Below, in pieces: positions 48,902 to 60,059 of a stretch of 61,536 nucleotides of DNA. Both the position numbers and the translations under genes were made by a program. How positions within the stretch are numbered: position 1 is the stretch's first letter; each line of letters starts with the position of its first letter. The notes beneath the pieces are model-generated. The model saw nothing but the letters and a program-made list of their open reading frames with translations, was not told the DNA's origin and did not search any database. The stretch spans positions 1 to 61,536 of the forward strand of contig CAYRXG010000001.1 in assembly GCA_964428285.1 (NCBI GenBank), in the 5' to 3' direction. The DNA is from an uncultured Clavibacter sp. (GTDB lineage Bacteria > Actinomycetota > Actinomycetes > Nanopelagicales > Nanopelagicaceae).

Positions 48902-50277
48902 TTATTTTGTAAATTTTCCAAAATCAGCGGTGCAAGAGAGCTAACGTCACCCGCGCCCAGGGTTAGTACCAGATCGCCACTTTTTGCATTTGTAATAACT
49001 TTGGAAATAACTTCAGTCATAGAAGGTTCATAAGTAACTTTGTCACGATCCATCCTCTTGGCAATCGCTGCCGACGTAATTCCCGGTATAGGTTGCTCGC
49101 CTGCTGGGTATATTTCTAAAAGATAAGTGTGATCCGCTTTTGATAATTGCTCTGCAAACTCATCAAGAAATGCCTGTGTTCGTGAGAATCTATGAGGTTG
49201 ATAAATAACAATAACTCTTCCAGCTCCCGAATAACGGCTGGCAGTTTCAAGAGTTGCTTTGATTTCGGTGGGGTGATGTCCATAATCATCAACAACAGTG
49301 ACGCCATTTACAGATCCTTTAATTTCAAATCGTCTCCGCGCTCCCGTAAATGAGTTCAAACCTTCAATTGCGCTTTGAATAGGAGCGCCAATTTCAAGAG
49401 ATGCTGCAAGAGCACCCAAGGCATTCAGAAGATTATGCCCCCCTGGTACCGACAGATTAAGTTCTCCTAACACTCGGCCTTTCGCCGTAACTCGAGCTAG
49501 AGAGTTCTTTGGATTTAGCACTACTCGATTAATCAAATAGTCGGGATCCCCATTAGAGCCATATGTGACAATCTTCAAGGAGCTTTTCTGCAAATGACTA
49601 ATCAAGCGTTGCACACCTGGATCGTCGCTACAAAGTACAAGAAACTCTGAGACTGTATTGGAAAAATTTAAGAAAAGCCGGTCAATCTCAGCCAGGTCTT
49701 TGAAATTATCGACATGGTCAAGTTCGATGTTAGTAATAACAGCACCCGTGGGTCGATACGAAGTGAACGATCCGTCTGATTCATCGGCCTCAACGACAAA
49801 GATATCGCCTGAACCATGATGCGCATTCGTTCCAGAATTTTTTATGGACGCTCCGATTGCAAAAGATGGGTCTAGTCCGCTTCGCTGTAAGGCTACAGTC
49901 AACATAGAAGTTGTTGTCGTCTTTCCATGAGTCCCAGCAATGGCAATTGAACGTCTGTTAATTAGCAACTCCGCTAGCGCTTCAGCGCGTCCAAGAATTT
50001 TTATCCCTCGAGAATTGGCCGCAACAATTTCCGGGTTTGAATCTGGTATCGCACTTGATTTAACTAATAAATCAGCGCCATCTATATTCGAACTATCGTG
50101 ACCAATGAAAATTTTGATTCCTTGCGCCCTCAGGCCGTCTAAAGCTGTGGAATCATGAATATCACTTCCGGAAACTGAACCACCTCGGGCTGCGATTACC
50201 TTCGCTATTCCACTCATGCCAGACCCGCCAATGCCAACAAAGTGAGTTTTTAATTCAGATATGCTCTTTGAATTCAT
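48898..50277 (-). CDS. murC: UDP-N-acetylmuramate--L-alanine ligase
   Basis: Contains HFVGIGGSGMSGIA and GTHGKTTTTSM. Mur ligase middle and C-terminal domains are present. Confidence 0.95.
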   Translation of the reverse strand: MNSKSISELKTHFVGIGGSGMSGIAKVIAARGGSVSGSDIHDSTALDGLRAQGIKIFIGHDSSNIDGADLLVKSSAIPDSNPEIVAANSRGIKILGRAEALAELLINRRSIAIAGTHGKTTTTSMLTVALQRSGLDPSFAIGASIKNSGTNAHHGSGDIFVVEADESDGSFTSYRPTGAVITNIELDHVDNFKDLAEIDRLFLNFSNTVSEFLVLCSDDPGVQRLISHLQKSSLKIVTYGSNGDPDYLINRVVLNPKNSLARVTAKGRVLGELNLSVPGGHNLLNALGALAASLEIGAPIQSAIEGLNSFTGARRRFEIKGSVNGVTVVDDYGHHPTEIKATLETASRYSGAGRVIVIYQPHRFSRTQAFLDEFAEQLSKADHTYLLEIYPAGEQPIPGITSAAIAKRMDRDKVTYEPSMTEVISKVITNAKSGDLVLTLGAGDVSSLAPLILENLQNK

Positions 50278-50280
50278 ATA

Positions 50281-51366
50281 TCAACTAGCATCTTTCATAT
50301 TATCTAAAATCAATTTAGCTATCTTCTCCGATGCCTGAACATGGAGTTTGCTATTTTCAATCCGTTTCTCTTTTAGCGTAGTTATGGAATTCAGTAGGTT
50401 TTCAATAAGCCATTGCCCACTGAACTCCGTTTCATCTACAATTTTTGCAAAACCCTGCCCTTCTAATTCTCTGGCATTTATCATTTGCTCGCCGTTTCCA
50501 TGAGGTAAAGGCACCAAGATTGCTCGAGAATTTGTGGATTGAATCTCCGCACAAGTGACAGCACCACTTCGGGTCACGAGGAGATCAGCAATCAGGTAGA
50601 TACTTGCCATATCCTCAAAATACGCCATGGGTCGGTAATTTTCCGTACCTGCGGGAAGATCATTTAATGGACCAAGGGCATGGATTATCTGGACTTGCTT
50701 TGATTTTTCACTAGTTAAAAAATCAGCGATTGCTGTATTGATCGACTTAGAACCTTGCGACCCGCCGAAAACAGCGATCACTGGAATCTCTGGCTTTAAG
50801 CGTAATTCTCTTAGATGTTTCGATCGAAGCTCTAAACGTTTGTCGTAATCGAGATCTGATAAATCTGCAATCTCTCTCTTTATTGGCATTCCAGTTAAAA
50901 AGGAATTTGGCCAACTTTTGCTGATTGAGAAGAAATTTACAGCCGTTACAGTTGCCAATTTTCTTCCGAGCTTGTTTGCCCATCCTGGTTTGGCATTTGC
51001 CTCGTGGACGATAATGGGAATGGCGTTGATTCCCGCTGCGATGTAACCAGCAGCGCTTACATAACCACCAAAGCCAACCAGAGCGGATGCTCCCCTGCAG
51101 ATTCGATTTGCCGCAATTACGGCAGCAAGAAATTGAATTGGAAATTTCAAGAGTGCAATCGAAATTCGTCGAGGTAAAGCTACTTTAGGAATAATTCTTA
51201 ATTGGTAATTTCTCTTTGGTACTAATGTTTTCTCAAGACCACTATTTGTTCCAATGAATAGACATTCAATCTCTGGCGCTAATTTGCGCAGAGAGTCCGC
51301 TACAGCAAGAGCCGGCTCAATATGCCCTGCAGTACCGCCCCCTGCAAAAATTACTCTTTGCTTCAA
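50281..51366 (-). CDS. murG: UDP-GlcNAc:lipid I GlcNAc transferase
   Basis: TTG start. Contains FAGGGTAGHIEPALA and GGSQGS. Confidence 0.94.
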   Translation of the reverse strand: MKQRVIFAGGGTAGHIEPALAVADSLRKLAPEIECLFIGTNSGLEKTLVPKRNYQLRIIPKVALPRRISIALLKFPIQFLAAVIAANRICRGASALVGFGGYVSAAGYIAAGINAIPIIVHEANAKPGWANKLGRKLATVTAVNFFSISKSWPNSFLTGMPIKREIADLSDLDYDKRLELRSKHLRELRLKPEIPVIAVFGGSQGSKSINTAIADFLTSEKSKQVQIIHALGPLNDLPAGTENYRPMAYFEDMASIYLIADLLVTRSGAVTCAEIQSTNSRAILVPLPHGNGEQMINARELEGQGFAKIVDETEFSGQWLIENLLNSITTLKEKRIENSKLHVQASEKIAKLILDNMKDAS

Positions 51367-51371
51367 GTTAG

Positions 51372-52550
51372 TTAGCCTTTCGCAATCTTGGCTTTTTTAC
51401 GCTCCAACAACTCTTGAGCAATTTCTGGATCTCGCTTGAGAACTCCCAACACATAGCCGATAGCGACAAAGGTGGCTATTAAAGAAGAGCCACCGTATGA
51501 AATAAATGGCAACGTGACTCCGACTACAGGTAGCACGCTAATAACGCTACCGATATTCATCAATACTTGAATAACAATCCATGATCCAATTCCAGCAATT
51601 ACATACCTATCAAATGAATTTTCCGCACGCAGAGCGACTCGAAAAATCGACAAAATTAATATGGCAAAGAGAAAAAGAACTACAAGCGTTCCTAGCAAAC
51701 CTAGCTCCTCGCCTATAACCGAGAAAATAAAATCCGTATGCGCTGCCGGTAAATTTCCCCATTTCTGCTTTCCGGAGCCAAGTCCTGAACCAAAAATTCC
51801 ACCAGATGCTAAGCCCATCAAGCTATGAGCTTGTTGCCAGCCAGCACTCTTAAAGTTCTCCTCTGAAAATGGATCAGAAAATGCGGCTAGTCGACTTAGT
51901 CTCGTTTGGTTAGTGGCAATAAGCGCAATCGCGCCAATAACAACAATGGCAAATAGCGTTGCAAAATGTTTAATACTTACACCTGATACAAAAAGAATTC
52001 CGCAGACAATCCCGGCAACTACTGTCGCAGTTCCTAAATCGCGGCCAAGCAAGATGAATCCCATGATCATGAGAATTCCGGGAAGGAGTCTTGGAACCGG
52101 ATTATTAATTCCAGTTTTTTCAATCTGTAGATCATTCTTCTTTAATACCAACGCGCACCACAAAATTAAACCGAATTTGGCAAACTCACTTGGCTGAAGT
52201 GAGAAATTACCGATTTCAATCCAGTTTCGATTTCCGCCAACTTCTTTACCTAAAAACGTAAATTGTGGAACTATAAGAAAACATATTGAAACTATCAGTG
52301 CGAATCTGGCCTGCAATAGCCAGAGTCTTTGCTTTAAGTTTACGGCGAGCCAACATAAAAATATGGAGATTGCAAGAAAAACTGCTTGTCTAAAAACAAC
52401 TGCAAATGAGTTTCCTGAATCTGAAAGGGCTTGTACGGAGCTTGCGCTTAAGACCATCACAATACCAAGGGCAGAAAGAATTGAAACCGAACCTAGAATC
52501 AAATAGTAGGCAGAAGCCGGTCTTGCAAATAGAGATTTATGATTTGACAT
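51372..52550 (-). CDS. ftsW: SEDS-family peptidoglycan polymerase FtsW
   Basis: About 10 TM helices. Contains SEFAK, HTDFIFSVIGEELG and PFISYGGSS. Confidence 0.93.
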   Translation of the reverse strand: MSNHKSLFARPASAYYLILGSVSILSALGIVMVLSASSVQALSDSGNSFAVVFRQAVFLAISIFLCWLAVNLKQRLWLLQARFALIVSICFLIVPQFTFLGKEVGGNRNWIEIGNFSLQPSEFAKFGLILWCALVLKKNDLQIEKTGINNPVPRLLPGILMIMGFILLGRDLGTATVVAGIVCGILFVSGVSIKHFATLFAIVVIGAIALIATNQTRLSRLAAFSDPFSEENFKSAGWQQAHSLMGLASGGIFGSGLGSGKQKWGNLPAAHTDFIFSVIGEELGLLGTLVVLFLFAILILSIFRVALRAENSFDRYVIAGIGSWIVIQVLMNIGSVISVLPVVGVTLPFISYGGSSLIATFVAIGYVLGVLKRDPEIAQELLERKKAKIAKG

Positions 52551-53898
52551 CGACTATCCGCCTAACCGAATCCGCAAATTTATTGCCTCTATCAGCATAA
52601 TTCTCGAATTGATCCATAGATGCGCAAGCTGGCGCCAATAAAACTGTGTCGCCACTTTCAGCGTGACTTTCTGCAATTCTGACTACTTCATCCATCAATT
52701 CCGAACTTGATTGTTTATCCGTAATTAAGTGAATTCCGACATGCGGCGCGAATTTTTCCAAAGCCTCTGCAATCAAGCCGGCATCGGTACCAATAAGAAT
52801 TGCAAACTTAATTCTGCTCGAAACCCCCTGAACAAGTTCATCCATTCTGGCATCTTTAGCCAAGCCGCCCGCAATCCAGATTGCGCTTAGTTGTGATCGA
52901 AGCGCCGCCTCTGCTGCGTGAGGGTTTGTTGCCTTCGAATCATCAATCCATTTAATGCCATTGAAATCCAAAATAAGTTGCAATCTATGTTCATCTAATT
53001 TAAAACTCCGTAACGCGGTAGCTATTGCTTCTGGCGAAACTCTTGCTATTCGAGCTAAAGCCGAAGCTGCCATGGCATTTGCCACATTGTGTGGAACGGA
53101 AGGAGTTAAATCATTTAGTTCAAAAAGTACATCGGCATCACCATTCGAAAATGCTCTATCTACAATCAAATTTTCCACTAAACCAATTTCACCTTTTGCA
53201 GGAGTCTGCAAAGTGTAAGAATAAGTTTGAGAATTTAGGTCCCGGACTTTAGCTAAATTCTCATCATCTCCGTTAATGATCATTTTTTGAGACATCGACG
53301 CTAATTTCATCTTTGCCGCCAAGTAATTTTGAAAAGTGCCATGCCAATCAATGTGATCTTCTGCAACATTAATAATCGCTCCAGCTGCAAATTGGCATTC
53401 ATTACTCCAGTTCAATTGGAATGAGGATAACTCCAAGATTAGAGTTGAAATTGAAGAATCTCCGGCAAGCTCAATAACCGTATCTCCCACATTTCCACAT
53501 GCGCGAGTTGAAATTCCACCTTCTTGGAAGATTTTTTCTGCCATTTGTACTGTTGTTGTTTTCCCATTCGTTCCTGTAATTGCATACCAAACTTGATTTG
53601 AGTTGAGTTCAGATTTAACTCGCCACGCCAGATCGACTTCGGACAAAAATTCAATTCCAAAACTTCGCGCCTCTTCAATCAAAGGATGATTGAGGCGCCA
53701 ACCTGGAGAAACTACTGCTAGATTAAAATCTTGAAGAGAAATATCTTTGAAGTTCCGGATTGATCCGCCAGTTCCCTTTTCATCTATGACGGTTATCTTG
53801 CAACCATATTCTTTTAGAAAAACTTCAGTACTCTTCCCGGTAACGCCAGCGCCAAAGATAAGAACCTGCTTATCTTTAAGATCGGACAGAAATGTCAT
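52537..53898 (-). CDS. murD: UDP-N-acetylmuramoylalanine--D-glutamate ligase
   Basis: Contains FGAGVTGKS and ITGTNGKTTT. Mur ligase C-terminal domain is present. Confidence 0.95.
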   Translation of the reverse strand: MTFLSDLKDKQVLIFGAGVTGKSTEVFLKEYGCKITVIDEKGTGGSIRNFKDISLQDFNLAVVSPGWRLNHPLIEEARSFGIEFLSEVDLAWRVKSELNSNQVWYAITGTNGKTTTVQMAEKIFQEGGISTRACGNVGDTVIELAGDSSISTLILELSSFQLNWSNECQFAAGAIINVAEDHIDWHGTFQNYLAAKMKLASMSQKMIINGDDENLAKVRDLNSQTYSYTLQTPAKGEIGLVENLIVDRAFSNGDADVLFELNDLTPSVPHNVANAMAASALARIARVSPEAIATALRSFKLDEHRLQLILDFNGIKWIDDSKATNPHAAEAALRSQLSAIWIAGGLAKDARMDELVQGVSSRIKFAILIGTDAGLIAEALEKFAPHVGIHLITDKQSSSELMDEVVRIAESHAESGDTVLLAPACASMDQFENYADRGNKFADSVRRIVDVKS

Positions 53899-53899
53899 A

Positions 53900-54955
53900 T
53901 CAGGCTACTACCCATTGCGCGTAAAAGACTCCGAGTGCAGCCGCAACAGATAAGCCGGCAATAATCCAGAATCTAATAACAATAGTTACTTCACCCCAGC
54001 CCAGAAGTTCGAAATGATGTTGAAGTGGCGCCATCTTGAAAACTCGTTTGCCGCCCGAGATCTTAAAATATGTGGTTTGAATGATTACCGATAATGTAAT
54101 TAAAACAAATAATCCGCCAATTGGAATAAGTAAAAGTTCTGTTCGTAACGTCATAGCAAGTCCTGCTAAGGCGCCACCAAGTGCTAATGAGCCGGTATCT
54201 CCCATAAATATCCGCGCTGGCGAAGCATTCCACCAAAGAAAACCGGCACATGCACCAGCAAGTGAAGCTGCAAGAACTGCCATGTCTAGAGGATCGCGCG
54301 CGTTATAACAATTACTTACAACTATTTCGCAGCGCTGACCAAATTTCCAAACTCCTATTAGTACAAATGCAAGAAATGACATGATCGCAGCTCCGGTAGC
54401 CAATCCATCTAAGCCATCAGTCAAGTTAACGCCATTACTCGTTCCGACAACCATAAGAATTGCCCAAACAATTACTAGAACTAAGCTAAGTTTGATACTG
54501 GAGTCTCTGACGGTCGAGAGATAAAGTGATTTGGGCGTATTCCCGATTTCATCTGGGAATCTAGTCGCTAAGAATCCAAAAATCCCAGCTATTAGAGATT
54601 GTCCAAGAATCTTTTCGCGAGCGCGAAGCCCTAATGATCTTTGCTTAAAAACTTTCAACCAGTCATCTAAGAATCCAATCAGACCCAAACCCACGATAAG
54701 CCCAATTACCAATAATGCCGAAACAGTAATTGGAACCTCGGTAACTATGTGAGAAATAAAATAACCGACTATCGTTGCAAAAATTAGTACAACTCCACCC
54801 ATTGTTGGTGTGCCATGTTTTATATGATGAGATTTGGGGCCGTCATCTCTGATTTGCTGCCCATAGCCTCGTTTGGATAAAAATCTTATGAAAAATGGCG
54901 TCAAGAAAAAGCTCAGCAGAAAGGCGGTTAGGCCAGAAATTAGAATGCCTCTCAA
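53900..54955 (-). CDS. mraY: Phospho-N-acetylmuramoyl-pentapeptide transferase
   Basis: TTG start. Contains [26 protein letters not shown] and APLHHHFE-like (APLQHHFE). Confidence 0.96.
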   Translation of the reverse strand: MRGILISGLTAFLLSFFLTPFFIRFLSKRGYGQQIRDDGPKSHHIKHGTPTMGGVVLIFATIVGYFISHIVTEVPITVSALLVIGLIVGLGLIGFLDDWLKVFKQRSLGLRAREKILGQSLIAGIFGFLATRFPDEIGNTPKSLYLSTVRDSSIKLSLVLVIVWAILMVVGTSNGVNLTDGLDGLATGAAIMSFLAFVLIGVWKFGQRCEIVVSNCYNARDPLDMAVLAASLAGACAGFLWWNASPARIFMGDTGSLALGGALAGLAMTLRTELLLIPIGGLFVLITLSVIIQTTYFKISGGKRVFKMAPLQHHFELLGWGEVTIVIRFWIIAGLSVAAALGVFYAQWVVA

Positions 54956-54959
54956 GTTT

Positions 54960-56339
54960 TTACTCCTCTGATTCTCTCGACTTTAATTCAATGTATAACT
55001 CTTCAGCTAATTCATTTAAATTTTCAGCTCTTGAAGCTTTTATCAAGACTGCATCTCCAGAATTAATTTCTTTAAAGAATTTCTGGGCCGATTGCAGGTC
55101 AGGCGCAAAATGCCTGGTGATCTTTTCTGAATTAGACGAAACGAGGTAATTTCGCTCGCCAATTGCTACCAAGTGATCCACCCCTAATTGCTCGGTCACA
55201 GTAGCTATATCTTGATGCATCGCAGCTTCTTCTGGACCTAGCTCATGCATCTTTCCCAAAAACGCCCAGGAATTACCGCCACTCTCTTGGGCTAGAAGCG
55301 AAAGTGTCTTAAGCGCTGCTCTCATGCTCTCTGGGTTTGCATTGTAAGAATCGTCTATGACCGTAATTTGAGCAATCCTTCTTAAGTCCATCCGCCATTT
55401 ACTGGAGCTCTTATGCGATGAGAGTGCGCTGGCAATTTGGCTTGTAGATAGTCCGAGTGCGAAAGCAGCTGCAGCAGCTGCAAGAGCATTTGGTATTTGA
55501 TGTTCACCTAGAACTTGTAGTTCAACGTGCTCACGTGATTCTGGCGTTACCAAATCAAAAGCAGCAAAACCGCCTTTTATCTCAATATCTGCGGCTCTAA
55601 AATCATCTCTATTCGAGATTCCAAATAAATACTTTTTTAAGTTCAAGCCATCGGCCATCTTCGGAGTAAATTCATCAAAGTCGCCTAGAACTGCGGTTGC
55701 GCCTTCGCGAAGGCCACGAATTAACTCTCCTTTAGTCTTAGCAATATTTTCTCGACTTCCAAATTCTCCAAGATGCGCTACGCCGACCTTTAGAACTATT
55801 CCCACATCAGGAAGGCCAATTTGCGTTAGCTTTCCTATGTCACCCATGTGCCTTGCGCCCATTTCAAGAATACAGAACTTAGTTTCAAAACTACAACGAA
55901 GAAGTGTAATCGGAACGCCAATATCGTTGTTGTATGAACCAATTGGAGCAATAGTTTTTCCAGAATTTGCCAAAACCGTATGTAACATATCTTTTGTTGT
56001 GGTCTTACCTTGCGAACCCGTGATTCCAACTACTTTTAAATCAATTAGTTTTTTTCTCACCTCACGAGCGAGAATCGACACTGAAGTTAATACGTCACTG
56101 ACTAATATATGTGGCCCAGTAATAGTTTTACTTACTATCGCCAAAATCGCTCCTCTTGCAAAAGCATCTTCGGCAAAATCGTGACCATCTAATTTTTCAC
56201 CACTTAAAGCTAGAAATACCTCACCAGACTTGATAACTCTGGAATCAAATTGAAAATCACCGGAAACTTCAAAATCGCTCTCTGAAATCAATTTCCCATT
56301 AATAACATTGGCAATTTCTGATGCCAGCATCTTTATCAT
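54960..56339 (-). CDS. murF: UDP-MurNAc-tripeptide--D-Ala-D-Ala ligase
   Basis: Contains [14 protein letters not shown] and DSYNANP. Confidence 0.94.
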   Translation of the reverse strand: MIKMLASEIANVINGKLISESDFEVSGDFQFDSRVIKSGEVFLALSGEKLDGHDFAEDAFARGAILAIVSKTITGPHILVSDVLTSVSILAREVRKKLIDLKVVGITGSQGKTTTKDMLHTVLANSGKTIAPIGSYNNDIGVPITLLRCSFETKFCILEMGARHMGDIGKLTQIGLPDVGIVLKVGVAHLGEFGSRENIAKTKGELIRGLREGATAVLGDFDEFTPKMADGLNLKKYLFGISNRDDFRAADIEIKGGFAAFDLVTPESREHVELQVLGEHQIPNALAAAAAAFALGLSTSQIASALSSHKSSSKWRMDLRRIAQITVIDDSYNANPESMRAALKTLSLLAQESGGNSWAFLGKMHELGPEEAAMHQDIATVTEQLGVDHLVAIGERNYLVSSNSEKITRHFAPDLQSAQKFFKEINSGDAVLIKASRAENLNELAEELYIELKSRESEE

Positions 56340-57820
56340 TTTCTTGTCGCCGCCTTAATAAGCTCTTCTCGATCGCTAAAAGGTAGTTTTTCTCCAAGAA
56401 TTTCTTGTCCTTCTTCGTGACCTTTACCTAGAACTATTATTAGGTCCCCTGGTTTTGCCATAGATACTGCTTTAGTAATTGCAGCTCTGCGATCCGAAAT
56501 TATTTCTGCGCCAGATTTAAGTGTAAATCCATTTGTCATTTCACTCAGAATATCCTCTGCATTTTCACTTCTTGGATTATCACTTGTGAAAATTGGTAAA
56601 TCACAACCATTGTTTAGCGCCTCACCCATCAGCGGACGCTTACCTTTGTCGCGATCACCGCCGCAACCCAGAATTCCTATCACTCTGCCAGCTTTGAACT
56701 CTTTAATTGAATCAAGAATTCGAGTTACTGCATCGGGAGTATGGGCGTAATCAACAAATGCTAAGAATGGTTCATTAATAACTAGCTCAAGTCGACCCGG
56801 CGCTCCTTTTAAGTCATGTAACGTGAGTGCAATCTGCTCATCAGATAATCCGCTATTTGAAGCCATCGCCACAGCCAAAAGTAGATTTTCTAAATTGTGC
56901 CGACCTAGCAATGGAAATTGGCCACCTATAGAGTTTCCTGTCTTGCTTCTGATTTCAATTTGATAGTGGCCATTTACTCTTCGATACTCCTTGTAATTCC
57001 AATCTGCCTCATCTGACACTGAGAGTGAATGGGCCTTAATGCTTGTCTCTGAAATTAATCGTTTACCGTATTCATTGTCGACATTAATAAATGCTACTTC
57101 AGCATACTCTTTAGAGAAAAGAATCTTTTTTGCCAGATAATAATTTTCCATATTTTTGTGATAATCAAGATGATCTTGAGATAAATTAGTAAATCCAACG
57201 GCATCAAACTTTACATTCTTAACTCTCTCCTGAACCAGGGCATGACTGCTTACTTCCATAACTGCCCGATCAATTCCCTCTTCAGCCATTCTTGCCAATA
57301 TTCCTTGAAGTTGATCGTTAGTTGGAGTTGTGCGTTCAGCTCTCCAGCTTTGGTCACCTGCCATAATTGCAACAGTGCCAATTAATCCAGTTGGTTTAAT
57401 TTTTGCCAGGTTCCATATTTGGTTTAGTAAATATGAAGAAGTCGTTTTTCCGTTAGTACCGGTTATCCCGTAAAGCATCATCTTCGAACTGGGCCGGTCA
57501 TAAAACCAATCTGCAAGCTCTGCTAATTTTGAAGACATATTAGGGGCAACTATTAAAGGCAATGCACCGATTTTTTTGGAGGCCAGTGAAGCGCCTTGGC
57601 TATCAGTCAATATCGCACTGGCGCCATGCTCCAATGCAGTATCGAGAAAAGTGATTCCATGAGTTCTCTCGCCTGGCAGAGCCAAGAAGAGATCTCCTGG
57701 TTCTACCAAACGAGAATCACTGCAAATTCCACTAATTAAGACCTTTGAATCGTTTTCTATCTGTAGAAAGTCTGCAATCTCAAATAATTTCCTGGGAGAA
57801 GTTTTCATTGGGCGAATCAT
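56336..57820 (-). CDS. murE: UDP-MurNAc-L-Ala-D-Glu--2,6-diaminopimelate ligase
   Basis: Contains GITGTNGKTT, DYAHTPDA and a DNPR motif (SDNPRSE) consistent with DAP-type MurE. Confidence 0.94.
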   Translation of the reverse strand: MIRPMKTSPRKLFEIADFLQIENDSKVLISGICSDSRLVEPGDLFLALPGERTHGITFLDTALEHGASAILTDSQGASLASKKIGALPLIVAPNMSSKLAELADWFYDRPSSKMMLYGITGTNGKTTSSYLLNQIWNLAKIKPTGLIGTVAIMAGDQSWRAERTTPTNDQLQGILARMAEEGIDRAVMEVSSHALVQERVKNVKFDAVGFTNLSQDHLDYHKNMENYYLAKKILFSKEYAEVAFINVDNEYGKRLISETSIKAHSLSVSDEADWNYKEYRRVNGHYQIEIRSKTGNSIGGQFPLLGRHNLENLLLAVAMASNSGLSDEQIALTLHDLKGAPGRLELVINEPFLAFVDYAHTPDAVTRILDSIKEFKAGRVIGILGCGGDRDKGKRPLMGEALNNGCDLPIFTSDNPRSENAEDILSEMTNGFTLKSGAEIISDRRAAITKAVSMAKPGDLIIVLGKGHEEGQEILGEKLPFSDREELIKAATRK

Positions 57821-59646
57821 TGACCTGCCCCTTGGTCCTTAGATTTAGCGCTCTTTAACTCTGAAATCTTCTTCTTCAAACTTTTTTCATCTAATGCATA
57901 TCCAACTCCGGTACCTGTTGTTGGTGGCACATGTCGATTTTGTAAAACAAAACTCATCACTTCCTTGAAAACTGGCCCACCTAAATAGCCACCGTAATAA
58001 ACTCCTTTTGGATCTTGGATTGTCACGCTAATTACATACTTTGGTTTATCAGCAGGTGCAAAACCGATAAAGGAAGATGTGTAACCGTCATAACATCCGC
58101 ACGAGTCGCTAACTCTTCTTGCAGTTCCCGTTTTTCCAGCTACACGATACCCAGCGATAGCAGCTTCCGGAGCTGTACCAGATGCCGAAACCACACTTTC
58201 CAACATCTCTCGAATTTTGCTCGCTGTCTCTTTGCTTATGATTTTTGTTTCTTTACCTGTTTGCGAAGGTGTAAATCGTCCGGCAGCATCACTGACTCCG
58301 GCTATGAGTGTTGGTGGAACGCGAACGCCATCATTAGCTATGGTTGCAAAGACTGAAGTTGCCTGCATTGCAGTAACTGAATAACCCTGGCCAATTGCAA
58401 CCGTGGGAGCTGTTGTTCCAGACCATTCTGAAACTTCCAACAGTTTTCCTGGTTCTTCTCCTGGCAACCCGGATCCAGTCTTTTGACCAATGCCAAATTT
58501 CACCAAGTAATCATGCAATTTTTCATGAGATAACATCTCGCCGACTTGAATCGCTGCCACGTTACTTGACTGCGCTAATGCGCCAGCCATAGTTAGTTTT
58601 AAGACTGGATGTGGATCGTGATCTTTGAAGACTTTGTCGTACCGCTTCAGCTTGTAAGGAACTGTAATCACGGTTTCGGGATTTATTTTTCCCTCTTCCA
58701 TCGCAGCTGCATAAGTAATCACTTTTCCAGTGGAGCCCGGATCATAAATCTCTTGTACCGAAGGATTTTTCCAGTGATAAGGATTAACTCCGCTTGTCTT
58801 TCCAGGTGTAAAAGATGGATAAGTTGCATGAGCCAAGATTTGACCGTTCGCGGGGTTCATAACAATTACTGTTCCTGATAAAGCGCGAGATTTTTTTACA
58901 GCTTTTGAGATAGCTCGCTGAGCAACCCATTGGACATCTCGGTCGATAGTCAGTCTTACCGTATTGCCTCTTCTCTCCTCCGCAGTAATCTTCTGCGTTC
59001 CCGGAATTATCGTGCCGCCTGCATTTGAATATGTATATTGACCATTAACACCAGCCAATTTCGAGTTCATTGAATACTCAAGTCCGGCAGCGCCTACTCC
59101 AGCTTGATTAACAAATCCAATAACTGCAGCTGCTAGCTCGCCCTCCGGATATTCGCGGGCATAAATTCGCTCGGCAAAGAAACCAGCTAGTTGCTTTGCA
59201 TAACCATTCTTACTCTGGCGAATCTTCTCGTTATATAAATCAACAGCTTTCTCAAGTTCGCGCCAAACTTCCGGACGAGCACTTTGGACGATAACTACAT
59301 ATCTACGATCACCTTTCAATTTTTCTTCTAAAAATTTTGAATCCATTTTCAAAATTGGTGCAGCCAAATTTGCCAGTTCTTTCGGATATTGAATAATCGC
59401 TTGATCTACAAGAATTCGATACGAAACTACACTCCTTGCAAATTCAATACCATTTACATCGGTAATGGCTCCCCGTGGCGCAAGGATTGTTGATTGCTTA
59501 GTTAATTCATTCTCTGCTCTATTCGCTATTCCAGCTGCATTGACAGCTTGAACATCAATTAATCGAACGGCAAATAGCAGAAGTAAAACTAAAGTTGTCG
59601 CAACAAGATAACGAATCCGTTGCTCTATAAGCTTCTGGTGGCTCAT
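57817..59646 (-). CDS. ftsI: Class B penicillin-binding protein (FtsI/PbpB)
   Basis: N-terminal TM helix. Transpeptidase motifs STGK (DPGSTGKV), SSN (AQSSNV) and KTGT (AGKTGTA). Confidence 0.93.
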   Translation of the reverse strand: MSHQKLIEQRIRYLVATTLVLLLLFAVRLIDVQAVNAAGIANRAENELTKQSTILAPRGAITDVNGIEFARSVVSYRILVDQAIIQYPKELANLAAPILKMDSKFLEEKLKGDRRYVVIVQSARPEVWRELEKAVDLYNEKIRQSKNGYAKQLAGFFAERIYAREYPEGELAAAVIGFVNQAGVGAAGLEYSMNSKLAGVNGQYTYSNAGGTIIPGTQKITAEERRGNTVRLTIDRDVQWVAQRAISKAVKKSRALSGTVIVMNPANGQILAHATYPSFTPGKTSGVNPYHWKNPSVQEIYDPGSTGKVITYAAAMEEGKINPETVITVPYKLKRYDKVFKDHDPHPVLKLTMAGALAQSSNVAAIQVGEMLSHEKLHDYLVKFGIGQKTGSGLPGEEPGKLLEVSEWSGTTAPTVAIGQGYSVTAMQATSVFATIANDGVRVPPTLIAGVSDAAGRFTPSQTGKETKIISKETASKIREMLESVVSASGTAPEAAIAGYRVAGKTGTARRVSDSCGCYDGYTSSFIGFAPADKPKYVISVTIQDPKGVYYGGYLGGPVFKEVMSFVLQNRHVPPTTGTGVGYALDEKSLKKKISELKSAKSKDQGAGQ

Positions 59647-60059
59647 CAGCGATTTTCGCCCTGCAGGTTGGTAGTTTGAGCGCTGGAGATATCTAAAAAT
59701 CTTGGTTTAGAACTCTGAATCATTCCAAGGGCAATAGCTCTACGGGAAAGACTTTCCGGGCTTGAAAGTCGAGCTACTTCACGTAGCGCAGCTTCTCTTT
59801 CCTCGTTTATTGCAATTGCTTCAAGTTTTAATTCTCGGATTCTGACAGCGTCATTACCCAATAAAACGTTTATACCTAATAGCCCCAATAAACCTAAGGC
59901 CAATATTGCTCCGATTACGGCGTAGAAGATACGGTCGGAAGCTTTTTCACCAGCAACTGGACGAAGTTCAGGTACAACTTTAAGTACTACTTGTGTAGAT
60001 TTATTGATAACTGCTTTCCGGGATTTTTCTACCGCCGGTGCGAGAGCGAATAGCGCCAT
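59646..60059 (-). CDS. ftsL: FtsL-like septal membrane protein
   Basis: 137 aa with a single TM helix followed by a coiled coil (RIRELKLEAIAINEEREAALREV). Sits in the conserved slot between rsmH and ftsI. Assignment rests on position and architecture only. Confidence 0.65.
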   Translation of the reverse strand: MALFALAPAVEKSRKAVINKSTQVVLKVVPELRPVAGEKASDRIFYAVIGAILALGLLGLLGINVLLGNDAVRIRELKLEAIAINEEREAALREVARLSSPESLSRRAIALGMIQSSKPRFLDISSAQTTNLQGENR